Assembly: GCA_965657795.1 (NCBI GenBank)
Contig: CBFHQJ010000014.1
Location: forward strand, 923 to 64,922
Direction: 5' to 3'
DNA: 64,000 bases
Source: Akkermansiaceae bacterium
Lineage (GTDB): Bacteria > Verrucomicrobiota > Verrucomicrobiia > Verrucomicrobiales > Akkermansiaceae
This document shows, in pieces, positions 27,282 through 35,882 of the stretch. How positions within the stretch are numbered: position 1 is the stretch's first letter; the number at the start of each line of letters is the position of its first letter. Under the pieces are notes generated by a model. It was not told the DNA's origin. It ran no database searches and saw only the letters and a list, made by a program, of their open reading frames with translations. The translations under genes and the position numbers were made by a program.

Positions 27282-27459
27282 CCTCTGAAGGACGCTTCAC
27301 CGGAATCGTTGTGGCCTCTTCTAATTCAAGCTTTTCAGGTCCCATTCCGCTCCCCTTGTGTGACCCATCACAGAAAGGGTATTTGGCAGACTTACCGCAG
27401 CTGCACATCCAGTGGGTTCCGGCTTCCAGGGTGATTTCTTGATCAGCTTTGTCGCTCAT
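27274..27459 (-). CDS. CDGSH iron-sulfur domain protein (mitoNEET-like), 61 aa
   Basis: From ATG 27459: MSDKADQEITLEAGTHWMCSCGKSAKYPFCDGSHKG.... It contains the C-x-C-x2-S-x5-P-x-C-D-G-S-H signature. Confidence 0.75.
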   Translation of the reverse strand: MSDKADQEITLEAGTHWMCSCGKSAKYPFCDGSHKGSGMGPEKLELEEATTIPVKRPSEGE

Positions 27460-27547
27460 GCCCGAACTTGGCACATTTGTTAGGAATTCGCAAACGACCA
27501 TCTCCCCAAGCTTGCCGACGAAAGCCTTCGCTCTATTCTCATTGGCA

Positions 27548-29947
27548 ATGAGACTCCTCCTTAAAGGCCTCCTAACCTCTCTTCTCCTCACCACAAAGTC
27601 CCTCGCCGGCCCCAACGTTGGCCCGTTCCTCGAGGAAGAAACTCCCTTCGTCTCATCCGCGCTCCTCATCCCTAAAGGCAAAGCGATTGACCCGGTGCGC
27701 CGCGGCATCCTCATCCGCCTCAGTGACGACCACTGGGCATGCTTCGACACCGACTTGCTTCGCTGGGCCGCCGTTTGGAAAGCCCCCGCCGGAAAGCCAC
27801 CCCTCAGTCTCGATTCGATGGCGGCCATCTCCTATCCCAAGGGAAAGGCCAAAGCCAAGTCTCCTCCCTCACTGCAAGGCACCCTCCTCTTTTCCTCACC
27901 CACCCTGCCCGGCGGAGGCCCGGACGGCCCGTCAAAAAACGACCCCCGCCCAACTCTTCCCGGCGATGCCACGAAACCAATCGGCCCCTTCCCCAAAGAA
28001 TCCGGCCGCTGGCTCGGCATCGAACTCCGCGGTAAAACGCCCGTCCTTCAATACCGTTTGGCTGATGCCATCATCCATGAAACCATCATAAAAAGAGGGG
28101 CCGAATTCAGAAGAATCATAGAAGTGTCTCCTCACCAAAGGAACATCCACCTCATTCCCGGAGCCTTCTTCTCCCACCTCCACAAATTCCCGCTCGATTC
28201 CTCGATGCAGATCCTTCCCCCCTCAATCAACTCAGGCACCCTGACCTATTCCAATCAACCCACCTCACTCTCCACCCTCCCCGACAAAGAACCAGCAACG
28301 CCCGCTTTCCCGCACGGCCACACCTTCACCAATTCCACTTCCAAGATTCAGGGAGCTTACTCCATCCGGCAACTCGCTCTTCCCGAAACCCCTCGCTTCG
28401 TCCGCCCCACAGATCTGGCCTTCCTTTCAGACGGAACCGGACTTCTCGCCACTCTCGATGGCGACATCTGGCGGATCGAAACCCCCGGGGCCAAAACCTC
28501 CCGCTGGACCCGCATCGCTTTTGGGCTTTTCGAAACGATCTCAATCGAAGTCACACCTGGCGATCGCATCTTCACCCTCGGCCGCGATCAAATCACCGAG
28601 CTCATCGACACCAACGACGATAGCTTCATCGACTTCTATCGAAATGCCTCCAACGCTTTTCACCAAACCCTCCACACCCGCGATTTCGCCACCTCCCTCG
28701 CCATCGCAAAAGACGGGTCCTTCTTCATCGCCAAAGGAGGAATTCACAGTCCGGGCAAGGGAATGCACAACGAGCTCTCGACTCATCGCGGGACCATCTT
28801 AAAAATCTCCCCCGATGGTGACACCGCCTCAGTTCTCGCCGACGGCCTCCGGATTCCCTACGTCGGACTTCGTTCCGATCAAACCCCGTTCGCCTCCGAC
28901 CAACAAGGCCACCACGTCCCCAGCACTCCCGTTCACCAACTGCAATTCACTCCATCCCTCGGCTTCGCCCCCACAAACCATCGCGAGCTCAAAACCACCG
29001 AGCCACTCCTCTGGTTTCCCTATCAAGCCAACCGGTCCGCCGCCGCCTTCACCCAATGGGATGATCTCTTTCTTCAAGTCTCGTGGGGCGGACGCTTTTT
29101 TGTCATCGAAACCCCGGAATCGGGCCAGCCCTTCTCCTGGCAACTCCCGCTTCAACTTGACTTCCCCTCACTCAACGCCACCCGACATCCTCTTTCCGGG
29201 AAACTCTACGTCACCGGCCTCGGTATCTCCGGCTACAAGCCCACCACCCCAAACCTCAGCGGCATCGCTTCCATAGAGGAAACGACCAAGCTCCCAAAAC
29301 CCAGCTCTTTCGATGTTCAGGGTGATTCCATCACGGTCATTTTCGATCGGCCTCTCTCAAAGGATGAAACCATCATTCCTGCCAGCCCCGCCCTGCGATT
29401 ATTCAATATCAAACGAAGCGGAAAATACGGCTCGGGCCACTACCGATGGGACGGAAAACCCGGAGAACACCGACTGCAACCTGCCACCATTTCTCTCTCC
29501 GATGATCGTCGTACTTTAACCCTCACCTTCCCCATCCTCGGACGCTCGGACATCCTCGATCTTCATCTCACCCTCTCCTCCGGAACAACCATCGCCCCCA
29601 TCCATCTCTTTTCCCGGCCGGCCCACCTTCCCAAGGCCGACCTCAGCGCATTGGCCAATTTCGAAAAGGCCAAGCCTACTCTTAAGCCCGGGAACTCAAA
29701 AGCCGGCAAAGGGCTTTTCACCACCTATGCCTGTGCCGGATGCCACTCCCTTGATGGAGCAAAATTGGTCGGCCCCACCCTTAAGGGAGTCGCCACCCGT
29801 TCCGACGAAGCCTTCCTCCGACAATCCATCCTTGAGCCAGCCGCCGTCGTCACCCAGGGCTTCGAACCCTCCATGCCCTCCTTCGCCGGCGTTCTCACCG
29901 ATCAACAACTCGCCGACCTCCTCGCCTACCTCAAAACCCTCCGCTAG
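27548..29947 (+). CDS. Secreted beta-propeller-like protein with C-terminal cytochrome c domain
   Basis: ATG at 27548 gives the signal peptide MRLLLKGLLTSLLLTTKSLAG. The C-terminus has 'FTTYACAGCHSLDGAKLVGPTLKG...FEPSMPSFAG' (CxxCH plus a distal Met). Confidence 0.7.
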   Translation: MRLLLKGLLTSLLLTTKSLAGPNVGPFLEEETPFVSSALLIPKGKAIDPVRRGILIRLSDDHWACFDTDLLRWAAVWKAPAGKPPLSLDSMAAISYPKGKAKAKSPPSLQGTLLFSSPTLPGGGPDGPSKNDPRPTLPGDATKPIGPFPKESGRWLGIELRGKTPVLQYRLADAIIHETIIKRGAEFRRIIEVSPHQRNIHLIPGAFFSHLHKFPLDSSMQILPPSINSGTLTYSNQPTSLSTLPDKEPATPAFPHGHTFTNSTSKIQGAYSIRQLALPETPRFVRPTDLAFLSDGTGLLATLDGDIWRIETPGAKTSRWTRIAFGLFETISIEVTPGDRIFTLGRDQITELIDTNDDSFIDFYRNASNAFHQTLHTRDFATSLAIAKDGSFFIAKGGIHSPGKGMHNELSTHRGTILKISPDGDTASVLADGLRIPYVGLRSDQTPFASDQQGHHVPSTPVHQLQFTPSLGFAPTNHRELKTTEPLLWFPYQANRSAAAFTQWDDLFLQVSWGGRFFVIETPESGQPFSWQLPLQLDFPSLNATRHPLSGKLYVTGLGISGYKPTTPNLSGIASIEETTKLPKPSSFDVQGDSITVIFDRPLSKDETIIPASPALRLFNIKRSGKYGSGHYRWDGKPGEHRLQPATISLSDDRRTLTLTFPILGRSDILDLHLTLSSGTTIAPIHLFSRPAHLPKADLSALANFEKAKPTLKPGNSKAGKGLFTTYACAGCHSLDGAKLVGPTLKGVATRSDEAFLRQSILEPAAVVTQGFEPSMPSFAGVLTDQQLADLLAYLKTLR

Positions 29948-29950
29948 GGA

Positions 29951-31799
29951 ATGGATCCCTCTCTCTTTTTCAACGCCTTCATCTATCTCGCCGCTGCGAC
30001 CCTTGCTGCGCCACTCGGTCGTCGCCTCGGCATCGGAGCCGTTCTGGGCTATCTCGTTGTCGGAGCCATCATCGGACCCGCTTGTTTTGGCTTCACCGGA
30101 GAACACTTCAGAGGAAGTCCTTCACTTCGCAGAGTTCGGCGTGGTCCTCATGCTCTTCGTCATCGGACTGGAACTCGATCTTGGAAAACTCTGGCGCATG
30201 CGCACCTCCATCTTCGGACTCGGAGGATTGCAGCTCACTCTGTCCGCCGGAGCGCTCGCTCTCGCTGCCGGATTTCTCGCTTCGGATTGGAGGGAAGCCC
30301 TTGGCCTCGGTCTCATCCTCGCCCTTTCCTCAACCGCCATTGTGATGCAGACCCTGAAGGAACGCGGCCTCACTGAAACCAGCTCCGGCAAACAGGGCTT
30401 CACCGTCCTCCTCTTCCAGGACATCGCCGTCATCCCCATCCTCGCTTTCCTTCCCACACTTGCTCATCGCACCGTTTCGGATTCATCGGCAGGACATCAT
30501 TCCGAATCCGCGATCACCAACTGGATCAATAGCCTCCCGGCCTGGGGTGAAGGTCTGGTCATTCTTGCCGCGATCGCCGTCATCATTCTCATTGGCAAAT
30601 TCGCCCTCAGGCCCTGGCTTCGCTTGGTCGCCCGGCCCAAGGTTCCCGAAGCACTCAACGCAACCACCCTCACCCTTGTGATCGGCACCGCTCTCCTCAT
30701 GAATTCAGTTGGCCTCTCCCCCGCGCTCGGCACCTTCGTCGCCGGAGTTATGCTGGCAAGCAGCCCCTATCGACACGAACTCGAGGCCAATATCGAGCCT
30801 TTCAAATCTCTCCTCCTCGCCGTCTTCTTCCTCGCCGTCTGAGCCAGTATCAACTTCCCCCTCATCGCTGCCCAACCGCTCTCTATCGCTGGATTTGTGG
30901 TCATTCTTATCGCGGTCAAAGCCCTGGTGCTCTTCATCCTTTCCAAGATTTTTCATCTCTCCCTCGACCAAGGCCTTCTCTTCTCCGTTGCCCTCGCTCA
31001 AGGCGGTGAGTTTGCTTTCGTCCTCGGCGGCTTCGCGGTCAGCAACGGCGTCCTCAGCCCGGAGATCACCGCCCAAATGATCGCCGCAGTGGCCCTGTCA
31101 ATGGCCCTCTCGCCCATTCTCCTCATCGCCCTGCAACGCCTCGTTCTCCCTAGACTTGGCACCACCGAAGCGGAAGCCCCTCCCGAACCCGATGTCGAAA
31201 ACGATCACTCCCGGGTCCTCCTCGCTGGCTTCGGACGTTTCGGCCACCCCATCATCCGTCTCCTGCGCAGTGCCGGTCACATGCCCACCGTCCTTGAGCA
31301 GGATAGCGACCACGTCGACTTCATCCGCCGCATCGGCCTCAAGTGTTATTATGGTGACGCCACCCGGCTCGAGCTCCTGCACGCCGCCGGAGCTTCCGAA
31401 GCCGAAATTCTCATCATCGCCATCGATGACGAAGACGCGTGCATGGAAATCATCCACCATGCCGCAAAACACTTCCCTCACCTTCACATCCTCGCCCGGG
31501 CTTGCTCACGCGACCACGCCTACCTGCTTCACGAAGCCAAGGTCGACTACTTCATCGAACAGCTTGGTTCCTCCCTCGACTGCGCCATCAAATCCCTCGA
31601 CCTCCTCGGCCACGATCTCAATCACGCCAAGGATGCCGCCCGCCGATTCAAAGAGAAGGAAATCGAATCGATCGAAAACCTCGCCGCTTATCGCGGCGAC
31701 CAAAATCAATACATCAACGCCGCCAATCAAAACCTCCGCGATCTCGACAATCTCCTCGAGAATGCCCCGCTCAAGACTGACCCACCGCAATCCGAGTAG
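29951..31799 (+). pseudogene. KefB/KefC-type CPA2 K+/H+ antiporter with C-terminal RCK (TrkA-N) domain, carrying a frameshift (~30085-30100) and an in-frame TGA (30840-30842)
   Basis: The gene is split into three pieces. (1) From ATG 29951: MDPSLFFNAFIYLAAATLAAPLGRRLGIGAVLGYLVVGAIIGP.... (2) After a frame change: ...EEVLHFAEFGVVLMLFVIGLELD...LLFQDIAVIP...EPFKSLLLAVFFLAV*. (3) Same frame as piece 2: ASINFPLI...AQGGEFAFVL...LLAGFGRFG (RCK). Colinear with E. coli KefC as I recall it. Confidence 0.75.
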
Positions 31800-32868
31800 G
31801 GGAAAGCTCCTGCTTTTTTTGCGCTTCGTCCAGCGAACCAAACTCATCTCTTGGTAACACCCTCACGAGAGGATGATCCGGCAGACCACACTCTTCAGTT
31901 GCGAAAACTGGAATCCCCATCGCAAGGGATCTCAAAGCCAAGCGGGGCTGATGCTCGACCCAGGCAGGCAAGACCACTGCCTTCGCCGTTTTTAGATCTT
32001 TCAATTCACCCTGCTGAAAAGACTCTTCTCCCCCTCCTTCACGAGCCCGCCCGAGTACGACGAGCTTCTTACCAAGCCCTTCCAGATCATAAATCCCCTT
32101 CCTGCCCAACGGCGAACACGGAAGGAAGAAATGATCTCCGCCTTCTCCAGATCGAGCTTCCACCTCCGGCATCTTCCAATCCAACAACCATGCCCGATGA
32201 CCAAAGTGCATCGCGATCGCCCGATGCGGAGTGACCAACTTACCGGCCCGGGCCAGGGCCTCACGCTCCATGCGCACCAAAACAGGGTCGGCCCGGAAAT
32301 CGCCCAGGGTTGGAGACCCAGGATGCCTTGCCGCCGCTTTGTTCAGTCTCCGTAGCAATTCCTCAAGAGGCCACCGCTCCATCAGGACATCAAAAGTCCG
32401 CCCACCCAGCACGCCCATCTGCCAAAGATGGGGAAGGAGGTTCTGGGAAATCACGAGATGACGGCACTCCGGAGAAAGATATTTCCGGTAATGCTCCGCC
32501 AACTTACGATCCGCTTCCAGGAGAGCTTTCTGCCGAACCGCGCCCTGTGCCGGAAGTCGGCGCTGCCGGAACGAACGCAGCAGAGTCGGAAGGGTGGCAT
32601 GATGCCGCTTCGCTTTCTTCGGAATCTCCCAGGCATAGTTCCGCTTTTTAAAACGACGGCCCTCCATCGGAGTGAGCCAGTGATCGCCCTCCCGCGAATG
32701 ACCGCCACACCATTCGTCAAACTCCGGCCACCGGGCATCGAGTAGAAACGCAGAATGCCCTTGCGTGGGCCGAAACCGCAGAGGGATGGCGAAAACACTC
32801 GGTCTGGTTGCAAGTGAGGCAATCGCCCGAGGGCGCCTGCCGCTCAACCGCATCGGGAAGCACTTCAA
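31771..32868 (-). CDS. Glycosyltransferase-like protein (GT-B C-terminal half recognisable); start uncertain
   Basis: The C-terminal 'KLVVLGRAREGG...AKAVVLPAWVEHQPRLALRSLAMGIPVFATEECGL' resembles GT1/GT4 nucleotide-sugar-binding halves. The ORF overlaps the VanW ORF by 152 nt and the Kef locus by 29 nt (convergent). Confidence 0.4.
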   Translation of the reverse strand: MKCFPMRLSGRRPRAIASLATRPSVFAIPLRFRPTQGHSAFLLDARWPEFDEWCGGHSREGDHWLTPMEGRRFKKRNYAWEIPKKAKRHHATLPTLLRSFRQRRLPAQGAVRQKALLEADRKLAEHYRKYLSPECRHLVISQNLLPHLWQMGVLGGRTFDVLMERWPLEELLRRLNKAAARHPGSPTLGDFRADPVLVRMEREALARAGKLVTPHRAIAMHFGHRAWLLDWKMPEVEARSGEGGDHFFLPCSPLGRKGIYDLEGLGKKLVVLGRAREGGGEESFQQGELKDLKTAKAVVLPAWVEHQPRLALRSLAMGIPVFATEECGLPDHPLVRVLPRDEFGSLDEAQKKQELSPTRIAVGQS

Positions 32869-33511
32869 TCTTGCGGGCTTTGTCCGGACGATCTGCTCTA
32901 ATTCTCACAACCAAATCAGAGGCATCGAGCTCCGCTTCCAGCCGCCATTGAAATGGTGCCCGAAAACGAAGATCGACGTAGTTCCAGAAAACGGTGGCAT
33001 CGAGATTCTTCTCGCCCATCGACCCGGGAACCAAGCGCGAGTGCTCGTGACGTTCGACAATCTCAAGCCCCGCTTCGAGAGCCGCTTGATAAAGCAAACC
33101 CGTCACCTGACAGAGCCCGCCACCACGATTCGGGACCATGCATCCTTCCCGCAACTCCCGCCCGACGGTGTAGCCTTTTCCCCGGGTGGTCCGACCCAAT
33201 TGACGCCAGAAGCTAAAGACTTCGCTCGCCGGAATGACGAGACCATGCAGAGCTTGCGCCGAAATCCTCAGGTTTTCGACCTTGCCCGCCGTCAGCGGAA
33301 ACTCAGTGTCGGAAACCTGCGTCCATAACCTGGCCCGTGCCTCCCCAATGACCGGAGCTTCCACTTCCGCCTCGCCCGCCGGATGCCGGTCCGGACCTTC
33401 ACCCCACTCCATGATCCCCCGTCGCACCCTCAGCAGCCCGGTCTTGCCATGAAAAACAAGCGACTGAAGACGCCCGGGCAACTCCGACGGATCACGAGGT
33501 TCTGATTTCAT
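32717..33511 (-). CDS. VanW family protein
   Basis: 'EVFSFWRQLGRTTRGKGYTVGRELREGCMVPNRGGGLCQVTGLLYQAALEAGLEIVERHEHS' is the VanW core. An alternative ATG lies at 33574. Confidence 0.7.
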   Translation of the reverse strand: MKSEPRDPSELPGRLQSLVFHGKTGLLRVRRGIMEWGEGPDRHPAGEAEVEAPVIGEARARLWTQVSDTEFPLTAGKVENLRISAQALHGLVIPASEVFSFWRQLGRTTRGKGYTVGRELREGCMVPNRGGGLCQVTGLLYQAALEAGLEIVERHEHSRLVPGSMGEKNLDATVFWNYVDLRFRAPFQWRLEAELDASDLVVRIRADRPDKARKIEVLPDAVERQAPSGDCLTCNQTECFRHPSAVSAHARAFCVSTRCPVAGV

Positions 33512-33630
33512 GGAACTGCTTTTATCACAACGGACCGCAAGATTGGTAAAAGGGACGTAAATGCTCCCAATCATAAAAACCGGGACCGAATCTACGAAAC
33601 CCGCCCCCCTTCGAAAAATCCTCTTCTTTT

Positions 33631-33651
33631 GTCATACAAAAGATGTATGAC
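33631..33651. promoter_or_regulatory. 8-bp perfect inverted repeat (operator-like) upstream of the LamG/CotH cluster
   Basis: GTCATACA (33631-33638) / AAAGA / TGTATGAC (33644-33651), 63 nt upstream of ATG 33714. An extra ATGAC half-site lies at 33654-33658. Confidence 0.35.
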
Positions 33652-33713
33652 GAATGACAGCTTTGGACTTTCACAGAGTCAATAGACATCAACCGTTCAA
33701 CACCCCACAATCG

Positions 33714-35816
33714 ATGAACCCAAAAAGAGACAATACCACACATGCCGCCAAACGGCTGACCCTGAGGGCTCTCCTTCCTCTTGGCATGATCAACCTTTCC
33801 TCCGCTGAGCTCGTCAGCTATTGGCCGCTCAACGAAACCGCCGGTGACATTGCGGCCGATACCGTTGGCACCAACGATGCCACTTGGCAAAATGCCGGAA
33901 TAAACTTGGTTTGGGAAACTGGTCGCATCGGTGGAGCCGCCAACCTGACCGATGCTGGCGGAGCTGCGGCAAACAACTACTTTCAGTTGAACATGCCTGA
34001 ACTGATCGGAGCCGAGGCGATCACCATTTCCCTGTGGATCAATAACCGGGCTCAGTCTTCTTCCGGCTACAACGGAATCTTCATGACCCGGGATTTCAAC
34101 GGAGCCACCAACAACTCCTGGGGTCTCGCCATTGAGAATAACGGCAGTGAACGCCTTGACTCACGCGTCAATGGACCGGGGATCGATTCCGACAACGGCC
34201 TACTTGCCCCGGATGGCGAATGGAAACACCTCGTCCTCGTCTGGGATGGCGTAAACTCAACCCACACTCAATATGTCAACGGTGTCGCAACCGCTACCGG
34301 TGCTTCAGTTGGCGGCCCCATCGTGGGCCCCGATAGCGGCCCGTGGTATATCGGATATGATAGCTGCTGCGGCGGCTCCCGCGACTTCGATGGCTTGGTC
34401 GATGACATCGCCGTTTGGAACGAGGCCCTGCCCCTCACCGCAATCGTAACGCTTTCCGAAGGGACCCCGGCCGATCAGTTGAACATTTCGGATTCGGACA
34501 ACGACGGCATGACCGACGAATACGAGGACATGTTCGCCTTCCTCGACAAGAGCGATGACAGTGACGCCGAGCTCGATGAAGACAACGATGGCCTGAGCAA
34601 TCTTGAGGAATTTCAACAAGGCACGACTCCCGACGATGACGACAGCGATGACGATGACCTGACCGACGGAGACGAGGTCAACATTCACGGAACCAATCCT
34701 ACCTCTGATGACACCGATGGAGACACCATCAAGGACGGCGAAGAACTCGCGGAAGGCGAAGACAGCTTTGTGACCAACCCTCTTGAGCCGGATACCGACA
34801 TGGATGGCTTTGACGATGCGGCGGAAATCACCGCAGGCACCGACCCCACCGACCCCACCGATCCACCGGCCGCAGCACCCATGCTCATCGGTCACTGGCC
34901 TCTTGATGAGACTTCAGGAATCATCGCCGAAGACCTTATCAACGGAAACAACGGAACCTGGGGCAACCCGGACGGCTTCAACCTGGAATGGACTACCGGC
35001 CAGATTGGTGGAGCGGCGCGATTGAGCGACCTTGGAGGCGATAGCTTCTTCCGAATTGAAACGATCAATCAACTCATCACCTCGAATGCTCTGACCTTGA
35101 CGGCTTGGATCGACCCCGATGAAAACCCGGGCTACAACGGGATATTTATGACTAGAACCATCGATGGCCAGACCAACAATAGCTGGGGTCTTGCCTTCGA
35201 AAATACAGCGGCCGCCGGCAACCATCTTGACTCACGGGTCGATAAAGATCCTGTGGATTCAGCCCCCGACACCCTGCTTCCGGATGGTGGCTGGTATCAT
35301 GTCGCTCTCGTTTGGGATGGCACGACCGGCACGCACACCCAGTATATCAATGGAGAGGAATCAGGAACAGCAGGCGGATTTCTGATGCGTCAAATTCTTT
35401 CTACAAGTGGCCCTTGGTTTATCGGATATGATGATTGCTGCGGTGGAGATCGTGATTTCAACGGACTCATCGACGACCTTGGCATGTGGAACCAGGCTTT
35501 GACCTCTCAGGAGATTGCCGGGATCTATGAAGACGGCTTGAATGGCATCGGCATCGGTGGCGTCACCACCCCTCTTACGATCACCAATCTCACTCTGAAT
35601 GAAAACGGTTCGGTGACTCTGACGTGGAATTCAAATCCCAATGAAAATGTCTCCTACTCCGTTCTTGTGAGCAGCGACTTGGTCGGACCGGTTTCCAGCT
35701 GGGCTGACGAAAACGATGGCGTATCCACCCAAGGCCTCACCACCACCTACACCACAGCGGCCGGCTTCGTCACGGGGGAAGACAAACTCTTTTTTGCCGT
35801 CCTCAGAAACCAGTAA
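33714..35816 (+). CDS. Secreted protein: LamG module, acidic thrombospondin-type-3-like Ca-binding repeats, second LamG module, C-terminal tail module
   Basis: Signal peptide ending ...LSSAELVSYWPLNE. Two copies of the LamG module (…GYNGIFMTR…NNSWGLA.EN…LDSRV…W.HV/LVLVWDG…TQY.NG…GPW.IGYD.CCGG.RDF.GL.DD…WN.AL). Between them: DSDNDGMTDEYED, DEDNDGLSNLEEF, DDTDGDTIKDGEE, EPDTDMDGFDDAAE. Confidence 0.75.
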   Translation: MNPKRDNTTHAAKRLTLRALLPLGMINLSSAELVSYWPLNETAGDIAADTVGTNDATWQNAGINLVWETGRIGGAANLTDAGGAAANNYFQLNMPELIGAEAITISLWINNRAQSSSGYNGIFMTRDFNGATNNSWGLAIENNGSERLDSRVNGPGIDSDNGLLAPDGEWKHLVLVWDGVNSTHTQYVNGVATATGASVGGPIVGPDSGPWYIGYDSCCGGSRDFDGLVDDIAVWNEALPLTAIVTLSEGTPADQLNISDSDNDGMTDEYEDMFAFLDKSDDSDAELDEDNDGLSNLEEFQQGTTPDDDDSDDDDLTDGDEVNIHGTNPTSDDTDGDTIKDGEELAEGEDSFVTNPLEPDTDMDGFDDAAEITAGTDPTDPTDPPAAAPMLIGHWPLDETSGIIAEDLINGNNGTWGNPDGFNLEWTTGQIGGAARLSDLGGDSFFRIETINQLITSNALTLTAWIDPDENPGYNGIFMTRTIDGQTNNSWGLAFENTAAAGNHLDSRVDKDPVDSAPDTLLPDGGWYHVALVWDGTTGTHTQYINGEESGTAGGFLMRQILSTSGPWFIGYDDCCGGDRDFNGLIDDLGMWNQALTSQEIAGIYEDGLNGIGIGGVTTPLTITNLTLNENGSVTLTWNSNPNENVSYSVLVSSDLVGPVSSWADENDGVSTQGLTTTYTTAAGFVTGEDKLFFAVLRNQ

Positions 35817-35882
35817 TCGAGCGCCCTTTCAACTCGACAACTCTATCGCTAAACGAAATTCTTACCAAACATACAACTGACT

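Noticed and set aside
29727-30090. The N-terminal extension of ORF 29727..30842 (Pro/Ser-rich).
   Set aside because: It overlaps the 3' end of the cytochrome c gene and the genuine Kef N-terminus, which is in another frame. KefC-like sequence in this frame only begins near 30095.
30840-30842. TGA might be reassigned to glycine (code-25-like), because the in-frame TGA of the Kef locus aligns with a conserved Gly.
   Set aside because: TGA clearly terminates conserved C-termini in this window. The FCY1-like deaminase ends ...EDIGE-TGA at 52813-52815, and ATGA start/stop couplings occur at 54186, 55505 and 22405. The Kef locus also carries a frameshift, and other genes are interrupted by TAA and TAG. 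Ordinary nonsense mutation is therefore the simpler reading.
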